Shown piece by piece: positions 8,786 through 17,308 of a stretch of 64,000 nucleotides of DNA. Source of the DNA: Devosiaceae bacterium (lineage in GTDB: Bacteria; Pseudomonadota; Alphaproteobacteria; Rhizobiales; Devosiaceae); assembly GCA_035493835.1 (NCBI GenBank), contig DATJHO010000052.1:1497-65496 (forward strand). Direction: 5' to 3'. A program made the position numbers and the translations under genes. Position 1 is the stretch's first letter. Each line of letters starts with the position of its first letter. Under the pieces are notes generated by a model. The model saw only the letters and a program-made list of their open reading frames with translations, searched no databases and was not told the origin of the DNA.

Positions 8786-8883
8786 GTCACGGCCGGGCTT
8801 GACCACCCATGATGAGGCGCCAATCCCGCTCGGGTACGTGTCCTGATTGGAGGGCCCCCCGGGTCAAAACCCAGGGATGACGG
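8786..8883. repeat. Family B REP doublet (degenerate copy)
   Basis: GTCACGGCCGGGCTTGACCACCCATGATG ... CCCCCCGGGTCAAAACCCAGGGATGACGG. Two inverted arms related to 30351-30450. Confidence 0.55.
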
Positions 8884-9014
8884 TTGGGGACAGAAATGCT
8901 GCCGGCGAACCCGACAGCCACCGCAATCCTGCGCCGCAAGCATCCACGAAGAAAGGAGAACATTGGCCGGGAGGCTGGCGGACCCGGATCGTGACCTGAT
9001 CCGCACCCGTGCGG

Positions 9015-9680
9015 CTAGCCGCTCACTTTCGTCAGCGTGTCCTCGTCGGTATGGTCAAACGGCTTGCCATAGACGAACAGGCGCGTCTCGTAATTGTATT
9101 TCAGCGTATTGCCAGATACCGCCAGAGACATCTTGACGAAGTTGGTGGAATCCTTGTGGACCAGATATTGCGTCTGGGCGATCCCTTGGCCCTTGGTCCT
9201 CATGGTCATCGTGGCGCCAGGCCGGCCCTCGGCCACGACGCAAATAGCGCGTGGAAGGCAGAAGGTGTCATAGACCATGTTGTTCGCCTGATCATAAGTC
9301 AGATAGCCGATCTGATCATGGAAATGATGGTTGTTGGTCGTCCGGTACACCGCCTGATGATAAGCCACTGAAATTAAATTCTGATCGCTATTATTGGTGA
9401 TGGGCACGCTTGGCGTAAAGGTGATGGTCTCATAGAAGGGTGAAACCGCCTTGCCACCTTTGCCGACATCGGATCCGGTCTGGCCCGGAGCAACATCCGT
9501 CCCGTTGGAAGGGTTGGATTTCCAGGTTCCAATCAGCGCGGTGAGCGGGCCGTAATCCTGCACCTGCCCATTGATGATGATGCCCTTTGCAGGCGTTGCG
9601 GCAAGGCTCGGCGCGCTGGTCGCGGCGATGGGAGCAGCAAACGCCGCGGCCGCGGCGATGACGTTGAACAGGGGCTTCAA
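9015..9680 (-). CDS. Secreted beta-barrel protein, nitrobindin/THAP4-like heme-binding (DUF1794-like) fold suspected
   Basis: Signal peptide MKPLFNVIAAAAAFAAPIAATSAPSLAA. LIGTWKS...FYETITF...AYHQ...HDQIGYLTY pattern resembles lipocalin-like nitrobindin domains. TTG start. Local GC is visibly lower than in the neighbours. Confidence 0.45.
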   Translation of the reverse strand: MKPLFNVIAAAAAFAAPIAATSAPSLAATPAKGIIINGQVQDYGPLTALIGTWKSNPSNGTDVAPGQTGSDVGKGGKAVSPFYETITFTPSVPITNNSDQNLISVAYHQAVYRTTNNHHFHDQIGYLTYDQANNMVYDTFCLPRAICVVAEGRPGATMTMRTKGQGIAQTQYLVHKDSTNFVKMSLAVSGNTLKYNYETRLFVYGKPFDHTDEDTLTKVSG

Positions 9681-9795
9681 GGCGGTATCCGGTCTCTGGT
9701 GTTGCTGGATCAGGGAGCGCCCAGACTACCCGCATCGCAAAAATTGTCATCGTAGCTGCTGGACATAATGTGTTGATCGGCACACCACAGGGCGA

Positions 9796-9855
9796 TAACC
9801 ATCCCTTGATCAGCGCGCAATAAGACGTAACCATCCCGTGATCTTCGCACAATAA
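9796..9855. repeat. Two 28-nt imperfect direct repeats with a 32-nt period
   Basis: TAACCATCCCTTGATCAGCGCGCAATAA (9796-9823) and TAACCATCCCGTGATCTTCGCACAATAA (9828-9855), 116-175 nt upstream of the 9680 start. Confidence 0.6.
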
Positions 9856-10329
9856 TGGCTCTGCCTATATTCGGTTCCGCTCGCCCCGCCGCCCGATGCC
9901 GCAAAATGCGGAGCCCTAGAACTTGCGTTCCATGTCTCTTTATCGCCAATGTACAGGCCAGCCCGACGATCGCCCGACGCGACTACTTTCCGCGCTCATC
10001 TCAGGAATCTCGCCCCCTCGCGGGTCTTGAACAGGACTACCGCGCCCGGAAAGCAGAAGCGCCCGGCTTCCGGAGGGCGCGAAGCGGACCTTGCGCGGGC
10101 GGTGAACATGTCCCGGGTGGCGAGAAACGCGGGATGAGGGTTCTTTCCCGGCCGGCCCCGGCACCCTCTCTGCCACAAGGGGCAAGAGACGCTGCGGCAT
10201 GGATTGTGGACAGATGCAATCGCCCTGCCTTATCGGGGAAGGGCCGGGGAGCGGTTGTTTTCGGCGCGGCCCCTTGATCAGGTCCGAGAGAACTGCGGCA
10301 GGACATTGCGCAGGCCTAGCCCAGGGCAA

Positions 10330-10354
10330 CAAAAAAGGCCCCTTCCGGGGCCTC
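10330..10354 (-). terminator. Rho-independent terminator of cspA, possibly bidirectional
   Basis: AGGCCCC-TTCC-GGGGCCT hairpin (10336-10353). T6 follows on the minus strand and a T-rich tract follows on the plus strand. Confidence 0.8.
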
Positions 10355-10395
10355 TTCATTTTCATTCCTCCACCCGTCGCCGGGCGGAAATGAAC

Positions 10396-10605
10396 TTAGC
10401 GCAGCGACAGGTTCGTTGCCGAAACCTTGCCGTCGCGGCCCTTTTCGAGGTCGTACGAGACCTTCTGGCCTTCGTTGAGCGAGGAGATGCCCGAGCGCTC
10501 GAGCGCGGTCACGTGAACGAACGCGTCCTTGCTGCCGTCATCCGGCTGGATGAAACCAAAGCCCTTGGTGGTGTTGAAAAACTTTACGGTGCCGTTGATG
10601 GCCAT
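10396..10605 (-). CDS. cspA: Cold-shock protein, CspA family
   Basis: 69 aa. GTVKFFNTTKGFGFIQPDDG...DAFVHVTAL carries the RNP1/RNP2 motifs. About 220 nt of untranslated spacer lies upstream. Confidence 0.95.
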   Translation of the reverse strand: MAINGTVKFFNTTKGFGFIQPDDGSKDAFVHVTALERSGISSLNEGQKVSYDLEKGRDGKVSATNLSLR

Positions 10606-10824
10606 GGGGGGATACCCTTGATTGCGTTCCGCACGGGGTCTCTAACCCGCGCGACAGAACGTCATTACCGCCCGGCGACATTGCAGGGCGGGTCTAAACG
10701 TTCCGGTGGCATCGAGAGTAGCCAATGGGGCGGCTCAGGCCAGCCCCGGATTCAACGCAAGATAATTGCGAAACGTATCCAAACACTATGGGCCTTCGGC
10801 CGCCAATTGGCAACAGGCAATCGC

Positions 10825-11172
10825 TCAATCGATCGGACTGAGATCGGCCTCGTCCACCACGCGCTCATGACTCTCGGCATCGCTGCGCACACGATAGAGG
10901 AACGGTCCGCCCTCGTTCGGCAACAGCGCCACCACCTGGCAATCGGCCTGCTGGCGCGCCCAGTGATTGCCGCCGCCGCGCAGCATCAGCCGCTGGCCAA
11001 TGGCATAGAGCGGTCCCTGGCCCGGCGTCACCGGCCCCGCGACACGCCGGTGCGGCCCCACCGATCCGCCTACCCGATGTTCCGGCATCTCCGCCGGATG
11101 CCCTGCCCGCTTCGGCTTTGGCGCCCCGCGCCGGCCGGTCACCGGCACGGCAATGCTCTTGATCTTGTCCAT
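10825..11172 (-). CDS. Hypothetical protein
   Basis: 115-aa ORF with an ATG start. Basic, Pro/Gly-rich N-terminal half and a compact C-terminal about 60 aa (YAIGQRLMLRGG...FLYRVRSDAESHERVVDEADL). No family recognised. Confidence 0.45.
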   Translation of the reverse strand: MDKIKSIAVPVTGRRGAPKPKRAGHPAEMPEHRVGGSVGPHRRVAGPVTPGQGPLYAIGQRLMLRGGGNHWARQQADCQVVALLPNEGGPFLYRVRSDAESHERVVDEADLSPID

Positions 11173-11388
11173 GCTACGTCCAGGAACTTCTCGATCTCGC
11201 CGGCCAATTTGCCGGCTGAGCGTCCGCGACGCTTTCGTTAGCTTATCACGTCCTCGCCCGGGAGGGGCGGAAATATGGGCCGGCGGGGGACTACACTACG
11301 CCAAGTAGTACGCAGGTCCTCTCGCCGTTCGATTTCGGCGATCGTTTGACTTTCCCGTATTCGGCACGCCCCCGCCCTCATTCCCAAC

Positions 11389-11421
11389 GAAAAAGGCCCG
11401 CAAGCTTTCGCCTGCGGGCCC
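11389..11421 (-). terminator. Rho-independent terminator
   Basis: GGCCCGCAGGC-GAAA-GCTTGCGGGCC followed by TTTTT on the minus strand, 42 nt after the stop of the lipoprotein gene. Confidence 0.75.
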
Positions 11422-11462
11422 AATATATCTGGAGGAAGCTCAGCGCCCCCGCCGGATCCGGC

Positions 11463-11732
11463 TTAGTAGCCGCGCGGGCAATGATTTTTCCAACGGCCGT
11501 GATGGTAACGGTCCGGACCGTACCAGCAATAGCCATCTTCCCCGACGACGTGGCCGAGCACCGCACCCGCCGCCGCACCGACGCCAGCGCCGATGGCCGC
11601 GCCCGCCACCGAGCCGGTCGTCGCCGCGCCAACCAGGCCACCGGTCAATGCGCCGATGCCGGCGCCCTGTTCAGTGGTCGAGCAGGCAGACAGCGACAGC
11701 GCCGCAACGAGGATGACGAGAATTTTTTTCAT
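11463..11732 (-). CDS. Glycine-zipper lipoprotein, 17-kDa surface antigen-like
   Basis: MKKILVILVAALSLSAC lipobox, then a GxxxG-rich GAGIGALTGGLVGAATTGSVAGAAIGAGVGAAAGAVLG segment. Start trimmed to ATG 11730-11732. Confidence 0.7.
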   Translation of the reverse strand: MKKILVILVAALSLSACSTTEQGAGIGALTGGLVGAATTGSVAGAAIGAGVGAAAGAVLGHVVGEDGYCWYGPDRYHHGRWKNHCPRGY

Positions 11733-11872
11733 GGAGTCCCTCCAGTTTACCCTTAACGCACGCAAATGCAGAGCCGCCGAGGAAAGTTCCACGATCCGGC
11801 GGCCCCAGGCGACCTTGTCCCAAGCATTGTGGCGACTTTGCTACAGAGGGAAACATCGAGACAGATTGCGGG

Positions 11873-12766
11873 TTAGTTTGTGACATTAGGGTCACGCCAC
11901 AGCCAGGCCCCCATTCGATTGCGAAACCAGGTGCGCTGCCGCTTGGCATATTGGCGCGTCGCGATCACCGCCCGCTCGATGGCCGCCTCGCGGGACATCT
12001 CGCCGGCGAGCCAGGCGCCGATCTCGCGCACCCCGATCGCCTTCATCGCCGGCAGGTTCGGGTCGAGCCCGAGAGCGAGCAGCGCCTTTACCTCTTCGAC
12101 CGCGCCACCATCGAACATTGTGGCAAAGCGCCTCGCGATCCGCTGCCGCAACACCTCGCGGTCTGGGTTGAGCACGATGCGCTCGACGGCAAAATCCTCA
12201 AGCAGGCCCGCCTGTTCGCCCGCCTGAAAGCTTGCGAGCGAGCGGCCGGTGGCCGCCAGCACCGCCAGCGCGCGCGCCACCCGTTGCGGATCGGGGGCCT
12301 GCAGCCGGGCCGCCATTTCGGGATCGCGCGCCCGAAGCAGCCGGCCGCGCGCCTCGGCATCGAGCCCTTCAAGCTCGGCGGCCACCCTCGCGTTCACCTC
12401 GTCCGGGATCGGCGGCACATCGGCAAAGCCGCGCTCCAGCGCCTCGAAATAAAGCCCGGTGCCGCCAACGAAAATCAGCGTTCTGCCGTCTGCCCCGGCG
12501 ATCACGTGCGCGGCGGCATCGCGCCATGCGCCGGTGGAAAAGCGGATCGCCGGATCGACGAAGCCGTAGAGAAGATGCGGCGCCTCGGCCGTTTCCAACC
12601 CCGAAGGCCGGGCGGTGACCACGCGCAACACGTCATAGACCTGCATCGCATCGGCATTGACCACGAGGCCCCCGGTCTCGCGCGCCATGGCGAGCGCCAA
12701 CGCCGACTTGCCGCTGGCGGTCGGACCCGCTATCAAAACCGCTCGCTTTTGCTGGCCCGCAGCCAT
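11873..12766 (-). CDS. miaA: tRNA dimethylallyltransferase
   Basis: AVLIAGPTASGKSALALAMA P-loop, VNADAMQVYDVLRVVTARPS, AKRQRTWFRN C-terminus. The 453-aa track ORF is an artefactual 5' extension; the real ATG is at 12764-12766. Confidence 0.9.
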   Translation of the reverse strand: MAAGQQKRAVLIAGPTASGKSALALAMARETGGLVVNADAMQVYDVLRVVTARPSGLETAEAPHLLYGFVDPAIRFSTGAWRDAAAHVIAGADGRTLIFVGGTGLYFEALERGFADVPPIPDEVNARVAAELEGLDAEARGRLLRARDPEMAARLQAPDPQRVARALAVLAATGRSLASFQAGEQAGLLEDFAVERIVLNPDREVLRQRIARRFATMFDGGAVEEVKALLALGLDPNLPAMKAIGVREIGAWLAGEMSREAAIERAVIATRQYAKRQRTWFRNRMGAWLWRDPNVTN

Positions 12767-12794
12767 CGTTCCCTCATTCGAGATTCGGCCCACC

Positions 12795-13667
12795 ATGTCG
12801 GTTCTTTGCCTCATCGCCAATCCCGTCGAGCCGATGTTCGATGTCAAGCTTGCCGCCGCCATCCAGCGGGAGGTTGGGGGTGAGCTCAACTGGCTCAACC
12901 ACGGCGTTGCTTGCGAAATCGTTTCGCCTCGCGTGTCCGATCCCACGGCCATCGCCCGCGCCATGCTCGGCAACGCGCCGATCGACGTCGCCCTGGTCCC
13001 GCTGGAACGGCGCCGGAAAAAGCTGCTGATCGCCGACATGGATTCCACCATGATCGAGCAGGAATGCATCGATGAGCTCGCCGATGCCATCGGCATCAAG
13101 GCCGAAATCGCCGCGATCACCGAGCGGGCGATGCGCGGCGAACTCGATTTCGAGGCGGCGCTCAGGACCCGGGTGGCCCTGCTCAAGGGCCTCGGCCGCA
13201 AGGCGATCGAAGAGGTACGGCGGGAAAAGATCACGATGACGCCGGGCGGGCGCGCGCTGGTCCAGACGATGAAGGCCTATGGCGCCTATACCGCGCTGAT
13301 TTCGGGCGGGTTCACTTTCTTTGCCGACCATTTCGCCAAGCGGATCGGCTTTGACGAAGCCACCGCCAATACGCTCGAATTCGAGGGCGACGTGCTCGCC
13401 GGAACGGTCGCTTCCCCCATCGTCGACAAATCGATCAAGCTCAAGCGCCTCAACGCGCTCATCGCCGAGCGCGGGCTGAAGCCGGAGGAGACGCTGGCGG
13501 TGGGGGACGGCGCCAACGACCTCGACATGATCACCGCCTCGGGCCTGGGCGTTGCCTTCCACGCCAAGCCCGCCGTGGCCGCCGCTGCCCATGTGCGGAT
13601 CGACCATGGCGATCTCACCGCCCTGCTCTATCTCCAGGGCTATGCGGACGAAGAGATCGTAAGGTGA
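12795..13667 (+). CDS. serB: Phosphoserine phosphatase, HAD family
   Basis: LLIADMDSTMIEQECIDELA (DxDxT), SGGFTFF and VGDGANDLDM motifs. Divergent from miaA as in many Rhizobiales. ATG at 12795. Confidence 0.9.
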   Translation: MSVLCLIANPVEPMFDVKLAAAIQREVGGELNWLNHGVACEIVSPRVSDPTAIARAMLGNAPIDVALVPLERRRKKLLIADMDSTMIEQECIDELADAIGIKAEIAAITERAMRGELDFEAALRTRVALLKGLGRKAIEEVRREKITMTPGGRALVQTMKAYGAYTALISGGFTFFADHFAKRIGFDEATANTLEFEGDVLAGTVASPIVDKSIKLKRLNALIAERGLKPEETLAVGDGANDLDMITASGLGVAFHAKPAVAAAAHVRIDHGDLTALLYLQGYADEEIVR

Positions 13668-14224
13668 TCCGGCTCGAGACCGAGCGCCTCATACTCCGCC
13701 CGTGGGAGAATCGGGACCGGGAGCCGCTGGCAAGAATCCTCGGCGACCCGCATGTCCGGCGTTTTTATCCGGCGGTCGCGACGCCAGCCGAGACCAGCGC
13801 CCAGATCGATGCCGCCATCGCCAAGGCCGAGGCCAATGGCTTTCACCTGCAAGCCGCCGAACTGAAAGCGACCGGCGCCCTGATCGGGCTCATCGGCATC
13901 GGCGTCATCCCCGACGAAACCCGCGCTGCTATCCCGGGCCATCCCCGGGTCGAAATCGGCTGGCAGCTCGACAAGGCCGTCTGGGGCCAGGGTCTTGCGC
14001 CCGAGGGCGCCCGGGCCTGGCTCGATTACGCGTTTCGGGTGGCGGGCCTCGACGAGGTCGTGGCCTTCACCGCGGCGATCAATCTGGCGTCACAGCGGGT
14101 GATGGAAAAGATCGGTATGGCGCGGGACCCTGCCGATGACTTCAACCATCCGCGCGTGGCAACGGGGCATGTCCTGCGGCCGCATGTCTTGTATCGGATG
14201 GCAAATCCGCTGCGCGACGCCTAG
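13664..14224 (+). CDS. GNAT family N-acetyltransferase, RimJ/RimL-like
   Basis: RLETERLILRPWENRD N-terminus and WGQGLAPEGARAWLDYAF acetyl-CoA motif. GTG start overlaps the serB stop (GTGA). Confidence 0.8.
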   Translation: MIRLETERLILRPWENRDREPLARILGDPHVRRFYPAVATPAETSAQIDAAIAKAEANGFHLQAAELKATGALIGLIGIGVIPDETRAAIPGHPRVEIGWQLDKAVWGQGLAPEGARAWLDYAFRVAGLDEVVAFTAAINLASQRVMEKIGMARDPADDFNHPRVATGHVLRPHVLYRMANPLRDA

Positions 14225-14262
14225 GGCATTGTCCGGTCTGAAGCATTCACCGCGCTTCCTTC

Positions 14263-14366
14263 GTCATGGCCGGGCTTGACCCGGCCACCCATGATGCCTC
14301 GCCAAGTCCACTGCGGCTATTTGAAAGGCAGCATGGGTCCCCGGATGGAGCCCGGGGCTGACGATG
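14263..14366. repeat. Family B REP doublet
   Basis: GTCATGGCCGGGCTTGACCCGGCCACCCATGATG ... CATGGGTCCCCGGATGGAGCCCGGGGCTGACGATG. Inverted arms around a spacer of about 35 nt. Confidence 0.65.
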
Positions 14367-14479
14367 TGGCAAGGGGAGCGACCAAATGCCGACGCCGCGT
14401 GGGTAGCACCACGCCCAAGCGTTCGCGACCTGCGGAAACTCAACGCGATCGCGCTCCGCGCGCGCCCAGGGAAGCCCCG

Positions 14480-15958
14480 CTACCCCGTAAGCTTGACGCC
14501 GATGAACCGCCTTGCGCCGCTGGGGTCCACCACCCGGAAAAGCACCGCCTTTCGGCCCTGCTTGCGCGCGGTATCGACGATGGCCTCAACCTCGGTGACC
14601 TTGCTGACCTGCTTCTGGTTGACGCCCGTCACGACGAGGCCCGCCACCAGCCCGTTCTGATCGGCCTCGCTGCCGGATTTGACGCTGGTGATAACGAGGC
14701 CACGCGCTGCTTCGGGTAGCGCATAGGTCTTGCGGTTGACACTATCGATCGGCGCCATGCGGAACCCCAGAAGCTCGTCCAGCGTCAGGGGCGCGGAAGA
14801 TTTGGGCGCCGGCTTGGTCTCAGTGCTGCCGAGGCTCGAGACCGGCTCGTCTTCCTTCAGCCGGCCCAGCGTAACCGTCACCACCTGCTCCTTGCCGTCC
14901 CGCACCACCTTGATCGGCACGGCCTTGCCGATTTCCGTTTCGGCGACCACCCGCGGCAGGTCGTGCATGCTGTCGACCGGCTTGCCGTCGAAATCGAGGA
15001 TGATGTCGCCCTCTTCAACCAGCCCGGCGGCGGGGCCCGGCTTGGTGACGTCGGTCACCATTGCGCCATGGGTATCGGAGCGGCCCAGGCTTGCGGCAAT
15101 GTCGTCGGTCACATCCTGGACGTCGACACCGAGCCATGCGCGGCGCGCCTCGCCGTATTTTTCGAGCTGCACGACGACGGGTTTGGCGAGATCGATGGGA
15201 ATGGCAAAGCCGATGCCGATCGAGGCTCCCCCTTCGGCAACGATCGCAGTGTTGATGCCGATGACATTGCCGTTCATGTCGAACAGCGGCCCGCCGGAAT
15301 TGCCCTGATTTATCGAAGCGTCGGTCTGGATGTAGCTGTCATAGGGGCCGGACTGGATGTTGCGATTGCGTGCCGAAACGATGCCCAGCGTCACCGAACC
15401 GTCGAGCCCGAAGGGATTGCCGATCGCCATTACCCAGTCGCCGACCTCGGCGGTGTCGCTGTCGCCCAGATTGACGAATGCCAGGGGATGCCCGGCATCG
15501 ATCCTGAGCACGGCAAGGTCGGTCTTGGCGTCCGTCCCGACCACCCGGGCAGGAAAGTGCGACCCATCCGTCAGGGAAACCTGAACCTGGTCCGCGCCGG
15601 CGACCACGTGATAATTGGTAACGACCAGCCCATCGGCGCTGACGATGAAACCGGAGCCCAGGCTCTCGGTGTCCTCGTCAGGGTCGGCCTGGCCGCCCGT
15701 GGCGCCGTTCTGGCTGTCATCTTCCGGGGGCAAGCCCTCCGTCGACTTGGGCGGCAGGTGGCCGTGAGTGCCGGCAAGGTGGGTGGAACTGACGTTGACC
15801 ACCGCAGGCAGCAGTTTCTTGGCCAGGGCCGAAACCGGCGGCGGCCCCTGCGAGGGCGCAGGCACATCGGCCTGCGCATTGCCTGCCGCCGCCACCGCCA
15901 GGAGCACCGCCGCAAGCGCACTTACTACCCAACGCAATCGAATCGCCACTCGCTTCAT
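14480..15958 (-). CDS. degP: Periplasmic serine endoprotease, DegP/HtrA family, two PDZ domains
   Basis: TNYHVV, DLAVLRI and GNSGGPLFD catalytic triad motifs, with a signal peptide after MKRVAIRL. Start trimmed to ATG 15956-15958. Confidence 0.9.
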   Translation of the reverse strand: MKRVAIRLRWVVSALAAVLLAVAAAGNAQADVPAPSQGPPPVSALAKKLLPAVVNVSSTHLAGTHGHLPPKSTEGLPPEDDSQNGATGGQADPDEDTESLGSGFIVSADGLVVTNYHVVAGADQVQVSLTDGSHFPARVVGTDAKTDLAVLRIDAGHPLAFVNLGDSDTAEVGDWVMAIGNPFGLDGSVTLGIVSARNRNIQSGPYDSYIQTDASINQGNSGGPLFDMNGNVIGINTAIVAEGGASIGIGFAIPIDLAKPVVVQLEKYGEARRAWLGVDVQDVTDDIAASLGRSDTHGAMVTDVTKPGPAAGLVEEGDIILDFDGKPVDSMHDLPRVVAETEIGKAVPIKVVRDGKEQVVTVTLGRLKEDEPVSSLGSTETKPAPKSSAPLTLDELLGFRMAPIDSVNRKTYALPEAARGLVITSVKSGSEADQNGLVAGLVVTGVNQKQVSKVTEVEAIVDTARKQGRKAVLFRVVDPSGARRFIGVKLTG

Positions 15959-15974
15959 GGCGTCGGAATCTGGA

Positions 15975-16160
15975 CTAGCTGCGGACCATCCACAAGAGCA
16001 CCAACCCCACAGCGGCGCACCCAAGGGCGACGCCGCGAATACGAACGACCGGCTGCGCATTCACCGCAGCCAGCCATTTCTTCATTTGCTCCGGAAACGC
16101 GGCATAGGCGAGGCCTTCGATGACAAAGACCAGCCCCAATGCCGAGAGAAAGTCCGTCAA
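15975..16160 (-). CDS. DUF2065 small membrane protein
   Basis: 61 aa with two TM segments (ALGLVFVIEGLAYAAFP ... GVALGCAAVGLVLLW). Conserved position between hflC and degP. TTG start overlaps the hflC stop. Confidence 0.65.
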   Translation of the reverse strand: MTDFLSALGLVFVIEGLAYAAFPEQMKKWLAAVNAQPVVRIRGVALGCAAVGLVLLWMVRS

Positions 16161-17305
16161 TTGGCAGGTGCCGGACTGATTGCCGGAGCAGGCGGCGCCG
16201 GCGGCGTCGTCCCACCGGCGCCGCCATTGGTGATCGGCGGTGTCGGCGCGTTGTTGGCGGCCGGATCCGAGTTGGTCAACGGCGGTGTCGGCGCGCCCTG
16301 CGGGACCGGGACCGGGTCCGGATTGACGGTCATGTCGGTCGGCGCGTTGATATCCGCCGGCGGGATCACGTCCGGCACCGGGGCCACCGTGGGCTGGGCC
16401 GAGGACTGAGCCGGAACGCCACCGGCAGGCACCGTCGCCTTTCCGGCGTTGTCGAAGTAGTGGAAGAACTCCGAATCCGGCGTCAGCACCATCGTGGTGC
16501 CGACCTTGCTCAGCCCGGTGCGGTAGGCCTGCAGCGACCGATAGAAGTTGAAGAACTCCGGATCGGCATTGTAGGCCAGCGCATAGATCTGGCTGCGCTG
16601 GGCGTCGCCCTGGCCGCGCAGGATGTCGGCGTCCTTGGTGGCATCGGCGACGATCTCGATCGACTGGCGGCTCGCGATGGCGCGAATGCTCTGCGCCGCC
16701 TGCTGGCCGTTGGCGCGCAGCAGCGCCGCCTGGGCCAGGCGCTCGGCCTTCATACGGGCATAAGTCTGTTCTGACACCGGCTCGGTGAGGTCGGTGCGGA
16801 GAATGCGCACATCCACCACTTCGATGCCGAGGTCGGCCATGTCGGGGCGGATAAGGTCCCGCGCCTGGTTCATCATTTCGAGCCGCTTGGCCGACAGCGC
16901 ATCGGCGAAGCCGCGAAGGCCATAGACCTGGCGCAGCGCCGCGTCGAACCGAGCCGAGAGGCGGGCCTCGACGACGTCGAGGCTGCCGAGCGCGCGCTCG
17001 CGGAACTTGCGCGGATCGGAGATGCGGTAGGTGACGAAGGCGTCGACGACATACTGCTTACCGTCGCTGACCTGCAGCGTCATGTTGTCGAGGTCGTAGC
17101 GCTGCAGCCGGTTGTCGATAATCTGCACATCGTCGACCAGCGAAGTCGGCAGCTTGAAATAAAGCCCGGGTTCGCTCCGCACCGCCGTGATCTGGCCGAA
17201 GCGCGTGACGATGGCCTGCTGGCGCGGATTAACCACGTACAGCGAAGAGAACAGCAGATAGAGAGCGATTACGGCAACGACGGCCGCGGCGATGAGGCGG
17301 TTCAT
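16157..17305 (-). CDS. hflC: Protease modulator HflC (SPFH/band-7) with a Pro-rich tail of about 90 aa
   Basis: N-terminal TM then SPFH domain (YVVNPRQQAIVTRFGQ...). Follows hflK. Residues from about 290 to 382 are low-complexity P/A/T/N. Confidence 0.9.
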   Translation of the reverse strand: MNRLIAAAVVAVIALYLLFSSLYVVNPRQQAIVTRFGQITAVRSEPGLYFKLPTSLVDDVQIIDNRLQRYDLDNMTLQVSDGKQYVVDAFVTYRISDPRKFRERALGSLDVVEARLSARFDAALRQVYGLRGFADALSAKRLEMMNQARDLIRPDMADLGIEVVDVRILRTDLTEPVSEQTYARMKAERLAQAALLRANGQQAAQSIRAIASRQSIEIVADATKDADILRGQGDAQRSQIYALAYNADPEFFNFYRSLQAYRTGLSKVGTTMVLTPDSEFFHYFDNAGKATVPAGGVPAQSSAQPTVAPVPDVIPPADINAPTDMTVNPDPVPVPQGAPTPPLTNSDPAANNAPTPPITNGGAGGTTPPAPPAPAISPAPAN

Positions 17306-17308
17306 GGC

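Noticed and set aside
7392-9006. ORFs 7392-7841 (+), 7621-7914 (-) and 8695-9006 (-)
   Set aside because: They are built largely from REP units and spacer sequence or lie antisense to the HUMPS-like gene. They show no protein-like composition.
9855-10365. ORFs 9855-10277 (+), 9940-10365 (-) and others in the 650-nt gap downstream of cspA
   Set aside because: They mutually overlap in several frames, are Arg/Pro/Gly-rich, and lack start-site signals. The region is probably non-coding or a fully decayed gene. I could not identify an RNA family either.
11238-11423. 61-aa ORF between the lipoprotein gene and the hypothetical gene 10825-11172
   Set aside because: It spans the intrinsic terminator hairpin (11395-11420) and has no SD. 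It is most likely spacer containing the terminator of one gene and the promoter of the next.
11873-13234. Over-long track ORFs suggesting large N-terminal domains: miaA 453 aa, thyA 418 aa, ycaQ 449 aa, prmA 369 aa, serB 336 aa, ftsA 483 aa, degP 526 aa
   Set aside because: The extra N-terminal parts are low-complexity, run through REP elements ([18 protein letters not shown]) or through the tmRNA gene, or overlap the divergent neighbour. In each case an internal ATG or GTG restores the canonical family N-terminus.
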